Below are positions 10,241 to 21,178 of a DNA stretch of 64,000 nucleotides, piece by piece. The stretch is from Curvularia clavata (lineage: Eukaryota), in the NCBI GenBank assembly GCA_023920165.1, contig CP089275.1:3658001-3722000 (forward strand), written 5' to 3'. A model generated the notes under the pieces. It was not told the origin of the DNA. It did no database searches and saw nothing but the letters and a program-made list of their open reading frames with translations. The stretch's first letter is position 1; each line of letters begins with the position of its first letter. A program made the position numbers and the translations under genes.

Positions 10241-13134
10241 ATGTCACATTCGCCCGACCCGCAGACCAAACCTTCCTCGGAATCCGACCTCAAGCTCTAC
10301 ACGTCCCAACCCTCTCTCGCAGTACCCGCAGTCTGCGACGCCGGCCGACCGCCGCCAGTCAAGTACATGTGCGTGTTGCCTGTCGAGATGCCTTCCCTAC
10401 CCCGCCGGGGTGCGCTGACGCCCTCAAAGGTCAACACCCGCGTACCAGAGCCCGTTACGACACCACACACGAGCAGCCTCCTCGACAAGACGCGTAAAGG
10501 TGCGGTTCTCCCCCAGGTCAAAGGCCACTGGAATGCTGCTCGAGTGCCGCTGCCAGCATCACCCGAGCTGGCCTCCATCACGTCATAGGGCAGATGCAAG
10601 GCGCTGGTGAAGCTATTGAGGCCGTACCGACCAACCTTTACAGCTCAATGGCCTGTAGCATTGCATTCCAGAGGCCAGCCATGCATCTTGTCGAGTCGTG
10701 AGCCTAACGTGTGGCAGGAAACGCTGAATGCGCGGTCCGAGTACAGCAACAGCGAGGATGACGGCAGCGCCCAACATCGCATCAACCAGTACCTAGTCAA
10801 GCAGGAGATTGGCCGCGGCTCATTTGGAGCAGTCCACCTTGCCGTAGACCAATATGGCCAAGAATATGTGAGAATACCAGCTCTCTAGGCACCGCTGGCC
10901 ACAAAAGGAGGCGTATGCGCCTGACACGACGATGCGGGTAACCTGGGCGGTATGCACAGTGGCTTTCGCTGACGCAACATGGTCCAGGCTGTCAAAGAGT
11001 TCTCAAAGTCACGGCTGCGCAAACGCGCACAGTCGAATCTCCTCCGCCGACCGGCCGCGAGCAAGCGAATACGCGCGCTGCCAGCCGGTATAGGCTTCAA
11101 TTCCCCGCTCCACCGTCACTCGGTCACAGAGGAGAACAATGCCTTTGAGCTCATCAAGGAAGAGATTGCCATTATGAAGAAGCTGCACCATCCCAACCTT
11201 GTCACATTGATCGAAGTGCTCGACGACCCGGAAGAGGACTCGCTCTACATGGTCATGGAGATGTGTAAAAAGGGCGTTGTTATGCAAGTAGGCCTGGAGG
11301 AGCGCGCCGATCCATACAGTGAAGAGCAATGTCGATGTTGGTTCAGAGACATGATCTTGGGGCTCGAGTACCGTACGTCTGGTCTGCCATGGGCCGCAAT
11401 TTAGTGCTGACTGCCGCTAGTACATGCCCAGGGTATCATTCACCGAGACATCAAGCCTGACAATTGCCTGGTTACTGAGGAAGATGTCTTGAAAATTGTC
11501 GATTTTGGCGTTTCAGAAATGTTCGACAAGGAAGGCGAAATGAAGACCGCCAAATCTGCTGGCTCACCGGCTTTTATGCCACCAGAGCTTTGTGTGGCCA
11601 AGCATGGCCATGTCTCAGGAAGAGCCGCAGACATATGGTCCATGGGGTGTACGCTATACTGTCTACTATTTGGACGGATACCGTTCGAAAAGCACGGCAT
11701 GATTGAGCTGTACCAGTCGATACGAATGGACCCTATACAGTTCGACACCGAGTGCGGCGACGATGTCAAAGATTTGCTGCTGAGACTTATGGAAAAAGAC
11801 CCTAAGAAACGAATCACCATGGAGGAAATTAGGGTACGTGGAGATGCTCATTACCAGGGGAAGCAGCATTGACACGAACAGGAACACCCATGGGTCACAC
11901 GAAACGGAACCGACCCTTTATTAGCAAAATCTGAGAATGTCGCCGTCATTATCGAACCACCTACGGATGAGGAGGTAAATGCCGCTATTACTGGCAACAT
12001 GGGCCATCTTGTAACAGTGGTAGGTGCACGTCATCCCTTTGCAGCATCCTGGCCATAGCAGCGATGCAGTTCTTACGTTCCCACGAACTAACAATTGAAA
12101 AGGTGCGTGCAGTAAAACGCTTCAAGCAGCTGTTGTTTAGGCGCCGACCAGACCGCATAGAAAGCATACTAGGTAGCGCCTCGCGCATCGTCCAACCTCC
12201 CTTATCCATGCGACCATCGGCGTTGCGCAAATCAAAATCACAGGACACGCATGATCGACGACCAGTCGAGGGCGTACTTTCCGCTGAGGGTGTGCACCAC
12301 AACATCAAGGTGGACGATAAGGGACAAAGGGTGCCGCACAACATGGACGACATGGCATACGTGAAACCTGATCTCCGGGCTGAGGCAGGAAAGCGCCCGG
12401 GAAAGGCTGCAGCCAGCAGTCCGACGATGCAACTATCTCCAGGCCTCACAAGCAGTAACTCCTCACGCGACAACCTGTCGATTCGACCTGGCCCAATTCA
12501 TTCCATCTCGAGTCCAACTGGGGTCGTTCCGTCGGCATCATCACCAACCACGCCCATCGGCAAAGGACACGCGCACAACCCGTTGGAGGACACTCTTTTC
12601 CTTAACATTGGAACTGGCGAGAACTTCCAGCCAGCGCCGGAAGAAGGGTGTGTGGTTTCTGAATCGCCGTCCAATGTCGACATCAACGTGTACGAGGCGG
12701 CTTACGAACAGGAGGTGCAGCGAATCATTGCACAGCGTCGTGACCAACACAATGCAAAGAGCCGTCCAACTCTGTACCTTACAAGACGCGTTGAGAATGT
12801 CAAGTCGATTCGCGACAACGATGCCATCTTCGATGAAGGCCAAGATCTGCGACAGAACATCAAGGTCAGTCTCAAGAGCTTTGTTACTAAGACGAAGGAG
12901 GATATCGAGGCGCGAGGCGAGTTGCAGAAGCTACAGGAAGGCAAAGAAGGAAAGCTCAGCCGGACGATGCGCAATGTGAGAGAGGCCAAGCGACTTGTCG
13001 AAGAAGCGCGAGAACGGGTCAAGACGGAGGAGCGAGAACGAGAGAGGGAGAGGAGCAGGAGCGCAACACCTCTTGCTCGAAACAACAGCTCTGGCAATGC
13101 ACTTAGTCGGAGTGGAACACCTGTGCAGAGCTAG
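10241..13134 (+). CDS. Ca2+/calmodulin-dependent protein kinase kinase (CaMKK; Ssp1/CmkC-like), multi-exon
   Basis: Introns 10369-10429, 10500-10717, 10868-10987 and three later ones; RVK|ETLNARSEY, INQY, GRGSFGAV, HRDIKPDN, DFG, GSPAFMPPE, DIWSMG. Confidence 0.9.
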
Positions 13135-13993
13135 TTGGTGGTTGAGAGACAGGCATGCTGATGTAGAGTTGTTTGAACATGTCGGGACACTTTGTATACA
13201 TACAGTCATTATTTGCATCTGCGTGCGGGCCTGGAGCACCGCATAATCGACAAAGGTTCTCTGAGATTGCAGCATGGATGAACGTGGCCAGCTGAGGTAG
13301 CTGACATGGCCAAGAATACTTCCAGAATGGTGATGGTTTCAGCACGATGTCCCACTTCGACTATGTAAAGGGAAGGACAGTCATGTTGCTAGGGTACCTT
13401 GACGGTCCAGGCACACCTGGCGGTGAGCAGGGTTATCCCTGAGCAAAGATATCCAACGTTCCTAAGTTAACCTCAATCGGCCTAGTGGATCCTACACAGC
13501 CTCAGACAAGGTGCGGGAGCTTGTTACCCTTACTACCTCACAAACTTGTACAAGATGCTGTAGTAGAACGCCATTGTCTTTCCTTTGTACCACGTCTTGT
13601 CAATTCTACCGGCATTCGGTGCACTTGCGTTATATGTGACAATCAAGCATCACGCCACTTTACAGAATACAAAATACCCAAACTGGTATCTCTCCAAGCG
13701 CGTAATATGCAATATGAGCCAATCAATGGTAACGACGGATAAGGCGTCCGGCGCGACTCGTTGCCAACGTTTCGCCAATGCCTAATTTATCCTCCATGCA
13801 ACGGTTACGGCCCTTTTCACTCCGAAAAAGCATTGACTACTGCCTTATATGTACATACATGTGGCTGCTGCTGTCGCTTCCTGACCCCGAGTTCGCTGTG
13901 CGTGTTGCACGAGACTACTTGTTTTCTTCTTCCGCACCGCTGTATTTGGGTGCATCCGTTCATTTGAAGTCCGTGGGTTGAAGATAGAAAGAG

Positions 13994-15790
13994 ATGGAAT
14001 CGGATGCTGGCAACAACGGGAAGAAAGAGGAGGCGCCAAAGGTCACGTGTGAGGCTGTCGGTTCTTCAGATGAATTGACGTCGGGTGTGCGGAGTGGGGA
14101 TTGGCACACAGGAACGGAATGGAAGTCAGACGGGACCCAGGGCGCCGGTTTTTTCGGGCATTCTATCTGGAAAGGGGCGTTTTGGACGAAGAAGAACCTC
14201 CTTGCTGTTGTGCTCGTCATCGCAACAGGAATCGTGCCCATATGTATTCTGGGAGAAGCCACAACCCCTCCCTACTCTGATAGAGGTTGGTTCAGCGGCA
14301 TCTTCAGCGACAAGGTTGTGGGCTGTAGTGGCAATATTGGATCTGCGCCTCAGAATACTACCGTGACGGGTATCGAGACGGTGTTTGCACTGGACACTAC
14401 GTATGGCGCGTTTACGTTTGCACAGGTCAAGGCCATCGACCTCCTGTGGGATGTGGCACTTGGACGAGGCCTACAGTTTCTGGCTGGGTGGGCAGCATAC
14501 ATTGTGTTTTGCGACGCACTGTTGAAGACCATTGAGCGACACCCGACATCTTTTGCCGTCTTTCAGCGGATCGCGCTCGAAGGACCGAGCGCGCGCGCGA
14601 TTGGGACACTGATAAAAGAGTTATGGGCTACGAAGAGTCGGCGGACGAAAGCTCTCTTCTTCTACATGCTTTTGTCTACTGCCTACATCATCAGCGTACC
14701 CATTGTCATTGGCGCCATGACGGGATACGACAGCACCGCGATTGCATGGGTCGGTCTGGACGACTCGAGTAACATTGTTCCGACATCTTCGCTGGAAAGA
14801 ACATGGCTCATCAAAGGAGTACTCAACGACACATGGAGTGAGCCGGCTTGCGCGGATGTCGATTTGAGACTGAAGCTTAGCCTGATTCAGTCTGGTCGAC
14901 GACAGAAGTGTAGGTACCATACTCAGTCTTGATATGACCATGAGCTAATGGAGATGACATAGGTGACTGTTTACTGCCCAACGGAACAATTTTCACAGCC
15001 GAGCAGGTGAAGCAAGCGGAAGACGCATATGATTCTAGCTATCTCCAAGTGCTTCAATGTACGTTAATACCTACTTCCAGCTTTGCTGGTGAAGCATTCG
15101 CTAGCTCTTCGTCCTATGTCCTGCCTTCAGTATTCTAACTAAGGAACTGCAGGTCGATACGACTTCTCCAACAACACTCAGACATGGGAGGACTCTGGCT
15201 TCGTCGAGTCCAACAAGCTGACGACTTACTCTTGTAACTCAACCTTCCCGATGACGATAAAAGACAAGACGTATGACGCGTCCGATCTCAAGACGGGCTA
15301 TGGTTACTGCTACAACTCAATCGCATACAACGAAACCTGGATTGCTAGCCGCTCGCGCTGTCTCCCTGATACCGCAAACCAAAAGTATAAATGGGGCTTC
15401 TCGACTGTAATTTCTGCACTATTCGTCTTCGTCACGACCGCTTGGGTAGTTAGCATGTACGCTTTGTGGCTGTATGCGCAGCACAACAGCACGCTGGTGA
15501 GCGAGGGCTTTCGCATGACGCCACTACGCGCGGCATTCGCCATGGTGAAAGCAGCGAAACACCGCACGGGACTGTGTGAAAAGGGCCTGGTTCGCAAGAA
15601 TACGGTGGAGCTGGAGAAGGAGCTGTATGGTGGCAAGGGAAGCAAGAAGACGAAACTACATTATAGTATTTTTACAGAGGACGTGGAGGAGGGTGAGGAT
15701 GGGTTGTTGGCAAAGGAGAGGAGGGGAAAGCAGGGTGGGGAGCAAAGGAGAAGAGATGGCTATCGGTTACATCCCGGGCAGGAATCATAG
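13994..15790 (+). CDS. Multi-pass membrane protein of unknown function, 3 exons
   Basis: Introns 14910-14962 and 15059-15152 join the 312-aa and 179-aa ORFs in frame; several hydrophobic segments and N-glycosylation sequons. Confidence 0.75.
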
Positions 15791-18639
15791 TGATGAAGGG
15801 GTGGCAGACTGGTAAGCCGGTGGTTGGGGAAGCAGAAGAGGGGATTGAAGAAGTACATCACCGCTGTCTTCTTCTCTTGTATTATTATAAATTTTCAAAA
15901 ATAGGAGACCAAACACTTTTAGCAACGCAAGCGTCAAACTAACAAACCAGTATATCTAGACCACGCATTCCCTACAATCACTAGTATACACTCGCACCCG
16001 GCCCCATTTTCCACATCTATACGTCCGGCACACGTACTACCCGCACATCCGGATCGCGTATGTAAGCACTACACCGTTCATACGTACGTCAAGCACGCAA
16101 CCCGGAACGATCTACAGGACCTACCTGCGTAGTTCGATGCGAGTTTCCTGTCTCTTTAATCCGAAGATTCGAAACGAACCAATCAGATTGCACAGCGCCG
16201 GCACGAGTAAGCAGATCGCGTAGTTGAGCGATTTACTTGTTTGGGCATTGTGCAGAGGGGGTGGAGAACTTGGCACTATGAGGTGAAATTGATAGGGAAA
16301 CACAAATGTAAAATGACGGAAACTTGTAAGATGTAAGAAAAGAAAAAAAGGAGAGGAAAGAGAAGGGGCCTGGCTAAAAGGAAAGGTGCGACTCAGCTTA
16401 AGGCAAACCTCAGTAGAAATCGCTACTAGAGTCATGGATGTACTGCAAAATCAGGAGTCTCGTATTAATAATTTAAAAGATTACGATGAGTCCAAAGCGT
16501 TAAGAAAGGAATAAAGAAAGAGCAAGATAATATGTAAGGCATTTCTAAATCACTTTTTTCTCTCCCTCCGGCTTGGTCAGATGGAAGGAACTGAAAGCGG
16601 AAAAGGAGAGAGAAGAATTATCCGGAGGCTGGGAATAGGGTGGTGGCGAATGCAAGGAGAATGTAACATAACAGAATGAGTAGGGGGGGTAGGAATTTCG
16701 TTTGTCATGCTGCTGCTGCTGCCGCCGTGTTCGAGGGCCGGAACACGCTGTTGATCCCAGATCAAATGGCGGATGAGTTTTTTGTTTCCCAAGTGCCGAG
16801 GCTAGAGCGGTTCAAGCAAAAAGCCCAGATCTGAGTTGAAAGACGGAAAGGCTTTTTTTCCTCCTTACTTTCGGTGCTCCCGTGGCTCTGCTGGGTTTGT
16901 CAGCAGGGCGAGGAACAAAGCCGGCGGCGACTTGAGACACCCCCGGTCCGGCCACGTCTACACACGCCTACAGATGTATCTAGTAGTATGCACAGGTACA
17001 TGAGGCCCCAAGACAACGGTTCTTACCAAGGCGACGGGAAGAGCAAGGCCACGGTGAGGGTCAGTGCATCTGCCTGCATGCAAGGCCCCGGTGGTGGTAC
17101 CCGTGTGGGTTTGATGGGCGGACGAGGGGTATTTGTGAGTGGCTAGAACGTATATCTACTAAGTGTTTTTGTTTACCAAGCGCTCTTTTTTTTGGTTTTG
17201 CGTTGGCGCATATGTAGGCTCATGTGTAGCGAAATGCGGTGTGCATGCAAAAGCGCCCTTGGGATGCGGGGAGATGGCCGTACAGGCCCCCCCTTTGGGT
17301 CTTGGCGGGCACGCTGCACGTTGCATGGTGGGCCTTGTTTCTCGCTGCCAGGTGACGAGGGTGACCAGTATGGTATATGGGTAGAGTAAGAAGAATGGTA
17401 ATACCAGTGGGATGACACGAGAAGCGTACGGATGGGGTGTGGCGTCAGCGTCGTGGTTGGACTTTGAGTGAGCTAGCGGTTGCGGGCACGTCATGGACAC
17501 TGGCAGATCAGGGCCGGGATTAGCAAACGTTCGGCTGACCTCGGGCCATGGCTGGATGGACAGTTGTGGTGGTGATGGTGACATTGTCATGGGCGACCAG
17601 CGCAGTGGCGTCACTGTGCTTGGTGGAGGATTCTGGTACTGGCACTGGCACTGGCACGACGGAGCAGAGCGGTTGGCTGTCTGCGGCTCTGAGTCTGGTC
17701 TCACCTATCTCAGTCTGCCTATGTCCCTTTGTTCTTTTTTTTTTCTTTCCAGCGGCAGACTGGCCAAACCAGACGGCGGCCGGACAAAGAATTTTCAGCG
17801 GACCAGGTGCGGTCCACAGAGTCCACAAGTATGAAGGCAGAGGCAAGCCCGTGACCCGCATCTCCATGGCGCTGCGGCAGCGTAAGAGTGGAAGCGGTCG
17901 ACTGGCAATTGCAACGACTGGCGTCTGCACAGAGTAGTAAAGTGGTCGAAAATCGCGCAAGCCAGGCCTCATCCAGAAAGCCGTACACACGACGGCAGGG
18001 CAGTGCACTATCAACCATGGGTTACCCCTCGCACAACAAAGTGAATATTTGACCCGCCAGCCCATCCCGAGGCCGTTGTTCCTCCCCTCTCCCACGACTC
18101 GTCCAGCGTGTCTGCTGCTTTTTCGTGTGCCCGCCGCGGACCCGTCGGCCACGTCCACCGTCGACATCATCTGCCGCTCGGCACCGCTGCCACCGCTGCC
18201 ACTGCACCGCCACTCTGCTGTGGCTCCCCAGCTGCCGGCCAAATTCAATCCCACACACACGACAAACACACTGCACCACTTGTAGCCCGCTTGATAAGCC
18301 TCTTGTGCACTTGGACTTCTCGCTCTTTCCAGTGTGCGCCCTCTCGTAATCGCTGGCCTGCCCGGTTTGCTCAGCACAGCCACCCTGTTTTTGCGGCTCC
18401 ACGCCCCTCACGCCCGCCTTCCGAACCTCGTCTCCACCACCCACCGTCGACGAAGATACGCCGTTTTGACCGCTGTGCAATAATTCACCCTGGGCTTCTT
18501 GCCCGCGAGACACCTGCGTCTCCGAATAACTACCTCGACTGCCACTTGCTCCCACGACGCGCTTACCCCAGCCCCACCCTTTGCTTCTTAGCCGCACCGC
18601 GCATCCACCGCCTACACCCACCGACAGACAGGCATCACC

Positions 18640-20207
18640 ATGGCGGCCCCGACCACCAGCAACCCGCCCAGCACCGCGCCCAAGCCTATGGCCTCTCCCT
18701 CGGTCACGGCCTCGACTGCCTCGTCGGTCCACTCGCAGCCAGATGCCCTTTCCCAGGCCGCCAGTCCGGTTGCGCCCGTGAGCCCCCTCCCCGTCCCCGT
18801 CAATCACTCTGGCGCCAGCAGCGTACAGGCCGCCGCCGAAGCGCTGCTTAAGCCTAAGAAGCCCACCATGACGTCGCGCATTAGCAGCATGATGGGTATC
18901 AAATCCTCCGCCAACGCCGACAAGAACGGCGAGGTCAAGACCACAAACGGCTCAACCGCAAACGGCCGCCCCCAGCCAGTGCGCCAGGGCTCCGTCAACA
19001 AGAAGGACGGCGCCGCCGCTCCCTACAAGCGCTTCTGGCTCAACGAAGATGGCACCCACGAACACCACCTCAAGGTCGCCAAGCGCCAGGAGAAGCTCTC
19101 CGACATGTTCCAGAACCTGATGCTCGGCAAGAAGAAGGGCGAAGTCCCAGAGGATCAGCCTCTCAGCCTCATGTCCAACTGGGTCGACGTCATGCGCAAC
19201 GAAAAGGAGAAACTTGCCGAGCAGAAGAACGCCGTCAACGCCCTGCCCCAGACGCTGGTCCAAAAGTACGGAAAGTGCCAGGAAGTGGTTGGCCGTGGCG
19301 CCTTTGGCATTGTCCGTGTCGCACACAAGCAGGACCCCAAAGACTCAAGACGAGAGCAGCTCTACGCCGTCAAGGAATTCAAGCAAAGACCTGGCGAGTC
19401 TGCCAAGCGTTACCAGAAGCGCCTCACATCCGAGTTCTGCATATCCTCGTCCATGCAGCACCCCAACGTCATCACCACACTCGATTTGCTCCAGGACGAA
19501 AAGGGCACATATTGTGAAGTCATGGAGTACTGTTCCGGTGGTGACTTGTATACCCTGGTTCTCGCAGCCGGCCAGCTCGAGGTCGTCGAAGCAGACTGCT
19601 TTTTCAAGCAATTGATGCGCGGTGTAGAGTACATGCACGAAATGGGTGTCGCACATCGCGACCTCAAGCCTGAGAACCTGCTCCTGACAGCCCACGGCTC
19701 CATCAAGATTACCGACTTTGGCAACGGCGAGTGCTTCCGTATGGCCTGGGAAAAGGAGGCACACATGACGGCTGGTCTGTGTGGCTCCGCTCCTTACATT
19801 GCTCCTGAAGAATACGTCGACAAGGAGTTTGATCCCCGTGCTGTAGACGTCTGGGCCTGTGGTATTATCTACATGGCCATGAGGACGGGCCGCCACCTGT
19901 GGCGTGTTGCTCAAAAGGGCGAGGATGAGTTTTTCGACCGCTATCTCGAGGACCGTAAAGAGGAAGAGGGCTACCGACCTATTGAGGTCCTGCGAAGAGT
20001 AAGTTGAACCCCCCCCCCCCCCCCCCCCCCCAAACCCAATCTACATCTAGCCACAGCTGCTAATACTACATCTAGCGGCAATGTCGTAATGTCATCTATT
20101 CAATACTTGACCCTATACCTGCCCGCCGCTTGACGGCCCACCAAGTCCTTGCTTCCGAGTGGGTTTCTGAGGCCAAAGTCTGCCACGCAGGCAACGAAGG
20201 CTTCTAA
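18640..20207 (+). CDS. SAT4: Ser/Thr kinase of the NPR/HAL5 group, Sat4/Hal4-like, 2 exons
   Basis: [57 protein letters not shown]; intron 19999-20075. Confidence 0.88.
20009..20031. repeat. Poly-C homopolymer (about 23 nt) in the kinase intron
   Basis: Read directly from sequence. Confidence 0.9.
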
Positions 20208-21178
20208 ACAAACTCCATCCAGGCTGGTCCTCTCCCCTATTCTTAGCCTCTAGTACCGGCTCGTTTCAACACCCCCCCATTTCCAGCCATTTTGCCCTGG
20301 ATGTTTGCATTCATTTTTTAGTCGACTGGATTTCTTCTTGCTTTCTTTTTCTCTTCTTTGGACATACCCCTTTCACGCCTGGTGCCATAGCATAGCGAGA
20401 CCGTTTGGGCATCAGTACTTCTTGCACTCTCGTATGGCGTTTTCTTTCGGCAACGACAAACGGACCACTATGACGATACACACGAGTACTAGACGATGGC
20501 GTAGAATGGCGAAGAGTGACAGGCTGCCCCCGGCGAGCTGGCGGCTGGTATTACTTTTTGTTGGTCGGTTGGCGGAATCACTTGTAATCGGGTTATCAAC
20601 TGTTCCCGGCTCACGTATAGGAGAACAGTCTTGATGAGATGATGATACGAATAGCACGCAACCTTGTATATGAGCGTGCCGCGTGTCACGCTACGAGCCT
20701 CTTTGACCGGGTCTCTACATGCCTCTCTTTTTGGTTTTGCCTAGGAAATGATTTAGTACTGTGCGTGACATGAGATGCCAAGATCATCTCAAGATCTACG
20801 AATAAAGCATCAAAACATAATGATAGAAGAAGAATGCGTGCGTACGTGCATGATGTGAGTGGGCGTATACAACCCCACGTGTTGTGCGGATGAGGTTGAG
20901 ATAAGACTTCCTCATCTCCCCAATCTTGGCAGCCGTCATTGGCTCCAGTCGCTAGACATTGCGCTGGAGCGATTCACTCAGGAAAGCGGTGAAACAGCCA
21001 CACGTGTCATACAAAACGCCTATTCACGCTCCAACGCAATTCCACAAAGTCTGCGCCCCAGTAGCCTGAGTGGTACATCCATGTTCTTCCAACACCGGAC
21101 TGGCCACCTGGAACTACGCCTGGCCTCATTCTGCCACCTGGCACAGTAACCTGCTTCCGCAAGAGATGCACCCAAGCG

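Noticed and set aside
17634..17657. (TGGCAC)n, (CTG)n and (GA)n microsatellites
   Set aside because: Short ordinary simple repeats
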